Below, one piece after another: positions 17,656-25,163 of a stretch of 39,314 nt of DNA. A program made the translations under genes and the position numbers. The DNA is from a virus. Its lineage: Duplodnaviria; Caudoviricetes. The stretch lies in IMG/VR virus record IMGVR_UViG_3300042196_000173, positions 1 through 39,314 of that record; one strand, given 5' to 3'. Each line of letters begins with the position of its first letter. The stretch's first letter is position 1. The notes under the pieces are model-generated. The model was not told the DNA's origin, ran no database searches, and was given only the letters and a program-made list of their open reading frames with translations.

Positions 17656-18638
17656 GGTTTTTCTTCCCCCTTAATTGGATTGTAATTTAGAGACGTTTTA
17701 AGTATCTCAAGCACACGGTGACGATAGGTATGCTTGGAAATGATTTCCTTGTAACCCGCTTCAGCGATGGCATTGCGTCTTTCGGTGTTTGACAGAAGGT
17801 CTTTGGCCAACCTCACCGCTTCCTCGATGGACTCGTAGGTAACAAGATGTACTCGATCCTTAAATAATTCAAGAAGTGGCTCGTTTTCTTGGGTTATCAA
17901 AACCCGTTTGCAAGCCATCGCCTCGAAAGTCCTCATGTTAAGGTCTTTATTTATGGAATCGTTGATTACGACCCGCGACATAGAGAACTTTTTGGCTGCA
18001 TCATCAAGTACGCAGTGTCCTTGAATTTGCGGAATCCGGTAACCAAAATAGCCTTTGTCCTCACCCAACCCAAAGTTTTTAATGAAAGCATCCACTAGAT
18101 CGATGCGATGGTCTGAATTCAAGTGACCTATAAAGCACCAATCCCATTTTTCCATAATGGGATAAGGACGATAACAATCAGGTTCTGCGGCACAGGGAAG
18201 GTAGTGGATTTTCTCAGGATCAACACCGTCGCGTATAAAATCAGGAATCTGGGCTTTATGGCACATAAAAACATAATCAAACTGTTTTGCTCGATTCAGC
18301 CTGTATTGATAACCTTTTTTATCTATATGGGTATCCGCTACCCAATAGCAATTAGGATGCGGAATTTCCCAGTCAAGAGGAATTCCAAGGTTGTCCTCCC
18401 CGTAATCAACTAAAATTCCCAAATCAAAAGTCCCATGTTGGGAAGTCGGATTGATAGGTGAAAGATGAACCACGTTTCCCGAATCAGTCATTCCCTCTTT
18501 ATTCAGCTTTTCTATGGTATCCCCATTCAGAATTTTTCGGAGGTTGTAGTTTATATAGAGAGGCATACCATCCGAACGAAATCCAGTTTGCGGAAGGACA
18601 TCATAATATACTGCTATCCTTGGTTTACTAAAATCCAT
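17643..18638 (-). CDS. GT-B glycosyltransferase (CgeB / Glyco_trans_1_2-like)
   Basis: WVADTH..FDYVF..HYLPCA..DWCFIG..R..SRVVIN..DLNMRTFEAMAC..HTYRHRV. Confidence 0.85.
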   Translation of the reverse strand: MDFSKPRIAVYYDVLPQTGFRSDGMPLYINYNLRKILNGDTIEKLNKEGMTDSGNVVHLSPINPTSQHGTFDLGILVDYGEDNLGIPLDWEIPHPNCYWVADTHIDKKGYQYRLNRAKQFDYVFMCHKAQIPDFIRDGVDPEKIHYLPCAAEPDCYRPYPIMEKWDWCFIGHLNSDHRIDLVDAFIKNFGLGEDKGYFGYRIPQIQGHCVLDDAAKKFSMSRVVINDSINKDLNMRTFEAMACKRVLITQENEPLLELFKDRVHLVTYESIEEAVRLAKDLLSNTERRNAIAEAGYKEIISKHTYRHRVLEILKTSLNYNPIKGEEKPCLC

Positions 18639-19379
18639 TTACGGGATAATAACCTTTCTGTAAGTTCCTTGCTGGTTCATGCAGGCCATCCATGCTCTCA
18701 AGCCATGTTTATTAATGAGCGCGAAATTGGTGCGTTCCATCATCTGAATGGAGTTCCATCCTCCATCTACATTAGCTCCTCCATGGACTCTCTCCCCTGT
18801 TTTAAACCCATGATGATAAACAAAAACTGTCTTGTCGCATATCATCCGGTATCCTTTATTAAGGAAGCGCATGCTCTGGTCCAGATCATCTCCCCCAGGG
18901 AGCTCATCATCAATCCCACCGATATCCTCCAAAGCGGAACGTCTGACCATGCAGCAGAAATTAATGAGGAAGTTAACGGGAACAACAGGGGGAGTCCCAT
19001 TCAAAAAAATGTTCTGTATTCCCATCACGCAGTTAGAGGAAGGGCCCACCGCCGCTACCGCGGGATCATCAAAATGCTTGACCATCTTGTCCATCCACCC
19101 ATAAGAAGAAGTCGGAAAATAAGTGTCATCGTTTAAAAATAGCATCAGCTCCTCAGAAGACACCTCCATCCCACGTTTAAGACCGCCTTCCCATCCCACG
19201 TTGTCCTTTTGCTGGAGAACCGTAATTCGTTGGTTCCCGCGAAAATAGTCCATGAACCTCTCCGACCCATTGTTAACAAGGTAAATGGGAGCCAGGCACG
19301 TTTTTATCAGAGAATCGATGCAGGGAACCAGATACTCCATGTTATCGTAGCTGACAACAATGATCCCAACTCTTTTCAT
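18639..19379 (-). CDS. GT2-family glycosyltransferase
   Basis: IIVVSYD..LVNNGS..LFLNDDT..CCMVRR..GGIDD..GDDLD..VYHHG. Confidence 0.9.
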   Translation of the reverse strand: MKRVGIIVVSYDNMEYLVPCIDSLIKTCLAPIYLVNNGSERFMDYFRGNQRITVLQQKDNVGWEGGLKRGMEVSSEELMLFLNDDTYFPTSSYGWMDKMVKHFDDPAVAAVGPSSNCVMGIQNIFLNGTPPVVPVNFLINFCCMVRRSALEDIGGIDDELPGGDDLDQSMRFLNKGYRMICDKTVFVYHHGFKTGERVHGGANVDGGWNSIQMMERTNFALINKHGLRAWMACMNQQGTYRKVIIP

Positions 19380-20206
19380 GCCAGCTCCATGGTCGGGTAA
19401 CGGGTATACTGCCCATAGACTTTCGTGCGCTGCTCAGGAGTCAGCCTCATCCACTGGTCAGAATAGTCCTCCGTGATAACAGTAGGAGCCCCCAAATGTC
19501 CCAGTTTCAGGCGCGTATCCATCCAGACCTCAAATCCCAGCTTTTTCGCCTTGTAGCAGAAGGTGATATCCTCACCGCAACCTTGGAGCCCCATGAACCT
19601 TGGTTCCTTCATAGCTTCAATGACCTTCCGCTTAATTAACACTGCTCCGAATCCTACGGCATCACACTGCACTAAAGTATCGCGTGGGTAATTGAGGGAG
19701 AACTTGTTGATGTAGAATTCTTTCTTTGTCACGGGGTCAAATCCCTCAATCACGTCATAAATGACCGGCTTGTGATCGGGGTTCCTAGTAAACGCCAAGG
19801 CCCCGCAGATGTCCTTGTCATTTGCCGCAAGACTGTAGAAAAGGTCTGGCGGGGAGAGCATGTCATCATCCACCATGAAAAGATAGTCCGCATCCATTTC
19901 AAGGACAGATTTTGCAAATTGCTCACGCGCATACTGGATAAGAATGTCACCCGTCACATTCAAGCTGAAGCAGTAGCGGGGACTAGCCTTCTCGAAGTAA
20001 TCACGTTCCTCGCGGCCACCCAAGTACTTCCACATGAGCATCCGGTCGTGGTAGGACGAAGGAGCGGTACTCCCCAAAAGAGGAATTCCTACTACGACCT
20101 TGTAGACCTTTTCTACGACAGAAGGCTTCGGAGGTAATTCAAGAAGTTCTCCGAGACCAGTTCCTGATTGTGACGGCACGCTCTCTCCAGCCTTTCCACG
20201 TGCCAC
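19376..20206 (-). CDS. GT-A (GT2-like) glycosyltransferase
   Basis: VVVGIP..ARE..DYLFMVDDDM..GFGAVLIKRKV..GEDITFC..GHLG; exact start uncertain. Confidence 0.85.
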   Translation of the reverse strand: MARGKAGESVPSQSGTGLGELLELPPKPSVVEKVYKVVVGIPLLGSTAPSSYHDRMLMWKYLGGREERDYFEKASPRYCFSLNVTGDILIQYAREQFAKSVLEMDADYLFMVDDDMLSPPDLFYSLAANDKDICGALAFTRNPDHKPVIYDVIEGFDPVTKKEFYINKFSLNYPRDTLVQCDAVGFGAVLIKRKVIEAMKEPRFMGLQGCGEDITFCYKAKKLGFEVWMDTRLKLGHLGAPTVITEDYSDQWMRLTPEQRTKVYGQYTRYPTMELA

Positions 20207-20313
20207 ACCTTATGGCACGTTTTACACCCGATCAACCGGCTGGGAAGGTTCGGCGTCTTTCCAGACCCCAAAGCCTTGTCCAGCCATCGATCCAGCACCC
20301 CTTGTTCGGCCAT
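20113..20313 (-). CDS. Small hypothetical protein (66 aa)
   Basis: ATG abuts the upstream stop; CKTC..C..H; overlaps the GT start region. Confidence 0.45.
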   Translation of the reverse strand: MAEQGVLDRWLDKALGSGKTPNLPSRLIGCKTCHKVWHVERLERACRHNQELVSENFLNYLRSLLS

Positions 20314-20769
20314 TTATTTAAGAGCGCGAATAAACCCAGAACTGTACAGCGGGGCCGCCTGTGAGAGCGTATTCGAAGGCGGATTGGACGCAATGACGAA
20401 ATTGAATCCAGAATTCGCGAATGTCGGGGCCGCGCTCGCAAAGGCACCAGCCGCTGGAGACATAACCAACGGATTCCCAGTCCCAAGGGTGATCGAAGTC
20501 ACCACATTGGAGATAAGAACTGAGAGGCAATTCCCATAGGTTTGGACGAGTCCAAACGCATTGACAGCAATGTCCTTTACGGCCACTCCCACAAATGCCC
20601 AAGGAGCTGCGCTGGTTGAAATGCCGTTGTATGCTTGGATTCCATCAAAAGAAGCGGTCGTCCCCACTACATACATAACGCCATTTCCTGTAGTGATACT
20701 GGAGGCGTCCACATTCTTTACACTGACAAATACCCTCTCGTCACCCGCTGAGGCTTGCTTAAATAACAT
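20314..20769 (-). CDS. Putative capsid decoration/cement protein
   Basis: FVGVAVKDIA..FGLVQTYG pattern; small, Ala/Ser/Thr-rich; downstream of the major capsid gene. Confidence 0.65.
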   Translation of the reverse strand: MLFKQASAGDERVFVSVKNVDASSITTGNGVMYVVGTTASFDGIQAYNGISTSAAPWAFVGVAVKDIAVNAFGLVQTYGNCLSVLISNVVTSITLGTGNPLVMSPAAGAFASAAPTFANSGFNFVIASNPPSNTLSQAAPLYSSGFIRALK

Positions 20770-20777
20770 GTTCCCTG

Positions 20778-20884
20778 CTTTCCACCCCTTGTCAGTCCGG
20801 CGCGGCGGTAAACCACGTCTTAGCTACTAAGGCGAGCCGTCAGGATCATCCGATCCCACGTCGCCGGATTGTTCGCCACCCCTA
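20778..20884 (-). ncRNA. Candidate multi-branch structured intergenic RNA element
   Basis: Outer stem TCCGGCG(20796-802)/CGCCGGA(20862-68); inner hairpins CTTAG/CTAAG and GGATC/GATCC; flanked by AGGGGTGG direct repeats on the minus strand. Confidence 0.45.
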
Positions 20885-20887
20885 AAT

Positions 20888-21166
20888 TTACCCTCCGAGT
20901 TTATCGATTTCGAAAAACCCGTTGGTGACATCATCCTGGTTGTTGATAGTCAGGGTCGTTATTCCAGAAGTCGTAGAGGTCGTCACGCGTGGAATGATCT
21001 GCCAGGTATTGTCATTATCGAACTTGTAGAAATTCGCTTTCGTGACAGTTCCTGCAATCGCCATGCTCCCCGCCTGATCCCCCGAGGCTCCTGACCAACT
21101 ACCCGTTAGTTTCGTCAACCCAGGACCCAGATACTGCGTGTTCCGTATCGTCGCACTAAAGGCCAT
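20888..21166 (-). CDS. Small Thr-rich virion (decoration-like) protein
   Basis: Coupled downstream of capsid genes; beta-rich. Confidence 0.6.
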   Translation of the reverse strand: MAFSATIRNTQYLGPGLTKLTGSWSGASGDQAGSMAIAGTVTKANFYKFDNDNTWQIIPRVTTSTTSGITTLTINNQDDVTNGFFEIDKLGG

Positions 21167-21167
21167 T

Positions 21168-21437
21168 TTATTTGCTCCCTATCACATACAGTGTCACCGC
21201 GTGACCATCTTCTCCAGGGTTAAACGTAATGAGCCCCGTAGAGGCGGTCGTCACCACTACATTGCAACCGGCAGACGCTTGCGTAGTCTGGATCGCACTT
21301 TGCGCAATCAGACCCACAATTCCTTTAATTCCGCTGGTCCATGTGTCGGTAGTTGAAACGGTCGTAAAGGAAGCAATCAGAAGCCGATACGGTCCGGCCC
21401 CCGCCTCAACAACTGTGGCTGGCGTTATAGCTGCCAT
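21168..21437 (-). CDS. Small Thr/Ala-rich virion (decoration-like) protein
   Basis: AAGGAGG SD; immediately after the major capsid gene. Confidence 0.6.
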   Translation of the reverse strand: MAAITPATVVEAGAGPYRLLIASFTTVSTTDTWTSGIKGIVGLIAQSAIQTTQASAGCNVVVTTASTGLITFNPGEDGHAVTLYVIGSK

Positions 21438-21447
21438 AAGGCCTCCT

Positions 21448-22404
21448 TTATGCGGTCACCCCTGTGAGGCTTCCGAGCTTTCTCCTGTTCTTAGTAGTGA
21501 GTTCGCCAGCCCAGAAAAGCTGAGCGACCATCAAGTCCTGGTCAGAGGGTTTCACCCACTCCGACAGGGAAAAGATGCGCTTTTCATGCTGAACAAGCTC
21601 AAGGGCCTTGGAATTCAACAGGAAGATCGTTCCACTTGTCGCATTCGGGTCCCAAGTCCACACGGCATCCTTGTATTTCAGATTGCTGAAACCAAGGTCA
21701 CCCATGTAAACATCCGTATAACGTACAGTAGGAACCAGTGTCGCCTCATAGGCTTCATAGGATGTCTGGTCTGAGATGATCAGATCAGGTCCCCCTGCGG
21801 GCATGCGGACGGATACGTTGTCCCAAGTGGTGCGAAGGTCAGACAGGCCACGGGCCGCAAAGGACCCAGAAGCTGTGACCTGTGCCTGCCACCAGGTATT
21901 GGTCGTTCCGTTGATGTCACCAATGGTTCCGGTGTTGGTCACGATCTGCGGAAGGGGCGTGATGTTGTTCCCCAGCTGGGTTGCCGCGTAGAGTTTCTGG
22001 TCGATGACTTCCTTTAAGGAAGCCAGGGCATTGTCAGTGTAACCCTTCGCATATGAGATTGCCTGGGACTTACCCATATTCTGCAACTCAATTCGACCGG
22101 TGATGCTAATTGAAACCGCTGCCTGTCTCCACTGCCATTGTGCGGCGGTGAAGTTGTCCTGGATCGTGGTGTCTAAGACATCGTCAGAGGCATAAAATGC
22201 CGCTGTTGAGTTGGAGCTGTATACGACTGGACGGACGATGGTTGCTCCGCCATCTTCTGTGATTTTCTTTTTAACTGAAAGCCACGCGAAGAGTGGAATC
22301 GCGCGATGGACATTGTCGGACAGTTCCCTACCATAGTTAGATAGCGTTGTAGCTATCAGGCTTCCAACATTTGCGGGACCGTAAGTGAAGATTTGGTCTG
22401 CCAT
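21448..22404 (-). CDS. Major capsid protein (HK97 fold, podophage type)
   Basis: IATTLSNY..LSDNV..PL..GGATIV..Y..W.Q..V.I.G..GDINGTTNTWWQ..PDLII..GF.NL.Y..LNS..GELT; follows the scaffold. Confidence 0.85.
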   Translation of the reverse strand: MADQIFTYGPANVGSLIATTLSNYGRELSDNVHRAIPLFAWLSVKKKITEDGGATIVRPVVYSSNSTAAFYASDDVLDTTIQDNFTAAQWQWRQAAVSISITGRIELQNMGKSQAISYAKGYTDNALASLKEVIDQKLYAATQLGNNITPLPQIVTNTGTIGDINGTTNTWWQAQVTASGSFAARGLSDLRTTWDNVSVRMPAGGPDLIISDQTSYEAYEATLVPTVRYTDVYMGDLGFSNLKYKDAVWTWDPNATSGTIFLLNSKALELVQHEKRIFSLSEWVKPSDQDLMVAQLFWAGELTTKNRRKLGSLTGVTA

Positions 22405-22500
22405 GAGTTTTTATCTGTACTTTCTACCCCTTAATATGGTATGTTCTAGACGGTCATGCCGCACGAATTCACCATACTTTACTAACAAAGGAGCCAAACA

Positions 22501-23139
22501 ATGATAATACAATCCATGAATGACATCCTTCAGCACTACACTGAAAAACTTAAGAATAGATTCTTTTCTTACGTTAAAAAATCCGAAAATTGTTGGGAAT
22601 GGACTGGCTCTCTCGGAACTTCTGGATATGGAACAATTAATGTAGCTGGAGTCAACCGTGCGGCTCACAGAATATCGTTCATTATTGAGAACGAAGAAAT
22701 ACCACAAGGACTTCATATCCTTCATTCTTGCGATAATCGAAAATGTGTCCGACCAGATCATCTTAGAACAGGAACTAATGAAGAAAATCATATCGAAAAA
22801 GTAGGAAAAATGAGACATTCTTACGGGGAGAGACATCCCAAAGCAAGACTCAAAGAATGGCAAGTTATAGAAATTGTCAAATCCTATAGTCCTCATAAAG
22901 TTACCCAATCACAACTTGCAGAAAAATACGGAACAACAAGATTCAACATAAATTGCATCCTAAGAGGAAAATCTTGGAAACATTTAAATCCAAATCCAAT
23001 CACAATAGACCCAAGATTTAAGCTCTCTGAAAAACAAATAGAAGAAATTAAATCCCTCAGAGGAAAAATGACTCATCGAGATATTGCAAAACAATTCCAT
23101 ATTTCAAAAACTCATGTTACTAGACTTCTGAATTCTTAA
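22501..23139 (+). CDS. Free-standing HNH homing endonuclease with tandem HTH (HNH-2)
   Basis: AAAGGAG SD; CWEWTG..GYG..AHRIS..ILHSCDNRKCVRPDHL..GT..N; AT-rich; antisense between scaffold and capsid genes. Confidence 0.9.
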   Translation: MIIQSMNDILQHYTEKLKNRFFSYVKKSENCWEWTGSLGTSGYGTINVAGVNRAAHRISFIIENEEIPQGLHILHSCDNRKCVRPDHLRTGTNEENHIEKVGKMRHSYGERHPKARLKEWQVIEIVKSYSPHKVTQSQLAEKYGTTRFNINCILRGKSWKHLNPNPITIDPRFKLSEKQIEEIKSLRGKMTHRDIAKQFHISKTHVTRLLNS

Positions 23140-24059
23140 GCCCGCTGCGTCCACCGGTCACCTGTTCGCTCTGCCGCCTTGCGGATAACAAAGCGAGGAG
23201 GTTTTTGGCCCGAAGCCAGATACTCCATGTTCTTCGCCATCAACTCATCGGCATCCGCCACCTCGACAACCGACTGTCCGCCTTGACTGGTGGACGGCCC
23301 CGAAGTCACGGACGCTTTCTTGTCCTGCACAAGCCCCATGGCCTGTTGTTGGGCTCCCACCTTCAAGGAATTGGCCCAGCGGCGGGCCATCTGATACCCC
23401 TCTTCAAAAGGCTTCCCGTTCTCATTCGCCCAATTCAGGCACATTTCTAGAAGCGAAAGGGACGTATCACTCGGATCAGAGACATTCCTGCCAATGGCAT
23501 CCAGTTCTTTGGCATCAGGATGAGACTCAAACAAGTCCTTCATTTGCAGGGTATCTTTTAGTTCCTGCTGGCCCTGCCGGAGCTGCTGGATGACCGGCGT
23601 GGCCATGGTCGCAAACATCCGCGCTTGGATTTCTTTGAATTTACCGTAGTCTCCCGCGTAGGCGTTTGCCCAAGCCTCCTGCCACTCCTGCTCGGTGGCA
23701 AAGTCCTGGGGACGCGCTTGGGACGATGCTTGGGCCCCCGCGGGGTTAACCTGTGCCGCTGACTGCTGGACAGAATTCCACCACTGCTGGAAGCGCGGGT
23801 CCTTAACCAGGGAATCGAGAGCCTGCGCCTTCTCCAGATGAGGTTTATATTTTTCCTCATAGGTTTTCCCCGATTTCTCAAGCTCCGTCCGAGCTTTCGC
23901 CTTCCACTCCTCAAAAACCGGATCAAGCGCGGCCCGCTGTTCAGGAGAAAGCGAAGCCAGTCGCGCCTCATCTAGGCTAAACGGATCAGAAGAAACCGGC
24001 GCGGCAGGAGTCGCAGCAGGTTCAGTCGTTGCTATCGGTTCAGTAGTTTGCGTGTCCAT
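23136..24059 (-). CDS. Capsid scaffolding protein
   Basis: Acidic Pro/Ala-rich N-terminus, coiled coils, position upstream of the major capsid gene. Confidence 0.7.
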   Translation of the reverse strand: MDTQTTEPIATTEPAATPAAPVSSDPFSLDEARLASLSPEQRAALDPVFEEWKAKARTELEKSGKTYEEKYKPHLEKAQALDSLVKDPRFQQWWNSVQQSAAQVNPAGAQASSQARPQDFATEQEWQEAWANAYAGDYGKFKEIQARMFATMATPVIQQLRQGQQELKDTLQMKDLFESHPDAKELDAIGRNVSDPSDTSLSLLEMCLNWANENGKPFEEGYQMARRWANSLKVGAQQQAMGLVQDKKASVTSGPSTSQGGQSVVEVADADELMAKNMEYLASGQKPPRFVIRKAAERTGDRWTQRA

Positions 24060-24077
24060 GTGTCCCCCTTACTAAGT

Positions 24078-24416
24078 TCAACTTGGGCTTGGCATCGTTT
24101 GACCTTGCCGGACCGGAGCATTGTCCATTTTGTTCATCATTTCCTGGGCCATCTGATCCTGATCCGGCATGGTAGACCCTTCAGGATTGCGAACAGAAGT
24201 CACCGAAAAGGAGTTGTCCGGCCCCAGACGGCCAGTCACCAAGCATTCCTGTTCTCCGCCTTCTGAGGAAGCATACGCCTGCAATTCTTTTAGCTCAGAA
24301 TCTGTCAGCTTGATCGTCCGCATCCCCCCCGACATTTCCTCAGAATCGCCATTTTCATCCGGCTTCTTCCCATAGCCTCCCTCGCGGAAGGACTTTAACA
24401 TCTCAGAAACAGGCAT
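24078..24416 (-). CDS. Acidic hypothetical protein of the head module
   Basis: Fills the gap between coupled genes; Met/Glu-rich. Confidence 0.6.
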   Translation of the reverse strand: MPVSEMLKSFREGGYGKKPDENGDSEEMSGGMRTIKLTDSELKELQAYASSEGGEQECLVTGRLGPDNSFSVTSVRNPEGSTMPDQDQMAQEMMNKMDNAPVRQGQTMPSPS

Positions 24417-24418
24417 GG

Positions 24419-24577
24419 CTAGGAGTTCTTGTTGTACTTGCCTGTGGTGCTTTTGGTGATGGGGTCATTCAACACATTCATGTCCCATTCATCCATGGCT
24501 TTCACAGAATCCCCGATCCCTTGGGTCCCTGAGCTTTTATTGTGCGGCTTTGTGGAATTAATCATCTCGTCTGCCAT
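24419..24577 (-). CDS. Small hypothetical protein (52 aa, MADEMINS...)
   Basis: Strong AAGGAGG SD before ATG 24577. Confidence 0.55.
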   Translation of the reverse strand: MADEMINSTKPHNKSSGTQGIGDSVKAMDEWDMNVLNDPITKSTTGKYNKNS

Positions 24578-24920
24578 TGTAGCCTCCTTTATACTGGTTT
24601 CTAAAATTCTCGTGTGCAATTCGGCTGTACTTAGGATCGTAGGATGTGGCCCCTGCTTGCCGGTCGCCAGCTTCCCGCAATCCCGATTCTTTTAAAATCC
24701 TTGCCTTGGTCGCCTTGTCTGGTATCCAGACTCCTCCGGTGGTCTCCGGCTTGTCGGGGTGCGAAAGGTTCTCATCAAAGTACCCGCCTACCGGACACCA
24801 AACGTCATAAACCCGCGTGCGAATGCCTCCGCAATACTCACAAGATTCCTGCTTTTCCCCATTGTCGTAGACAATCCGAAGATTGACTACCGACTCCCGA
24901 TCACATCCTGCGCAATCCAT
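24558..24920 (-). CDS. Zinc-ribbon protein of the head module
   Basis: CAGC..CEYC; ..GLREAGD motif; downstream of the portal. Confidence 0.6.
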   Translation of the reverse strand: MDCAGCDRESVVNLRIVYDNGEKQESCEYCGGIRTRVYDVWCPVGGYFDENLSHPDKPETTGGVWIPDKATKARILKESGLREAGDRQAGATSYDPKYSRIAHENFRNQYKGGYNGRRDD

Positions 24921-25163
24921 TCAGACAAGCGCCTCATTGGGATTTCTTTCACCGCCGCCTACCTCTTTGGAACCAAAAATATCATCCGACATCCCCGTGG
25001 CCCGCAAACGGAACTTATGCAAGGCCGTTTTCATGCGATGGCGTGTTTCTTTGTTCACCTCACCGCCATCAGAGACCCCATCCGCCGCATGGTACATATG
25101 GCATCCAGCATCAGGGATTTTCCGACCGATCACTTGCAAGACATCATGCACTTTAGAACGCAT
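24921..25163 (-). CDS. Hypothetical protein (80 aa)
   Basis: Overlaps the portal end and abuts the next ATG. Confidence 0.45.
   Translation of the reverse strand: MRSKVHDVLQVIGRKIPDAGCHMYHAADGVSDGGEVNKETRHRMKTALHKFRLRATGMSDDIFGSKEVGGGERNPNEALV

Noticed and set aside
20770-20887. tRNA or hammerhead ribozyme
   Set aside because: No T-loop GTTCRA in a cloverleaf context and no correctly placed CUGANGA/GAAA core.
22405-23139. Group I intron around the HNH genes
   Set aside because: Both HNH genes are intergenic and antisense, flanking genes are intact, and the flanks are too short for an intron core.
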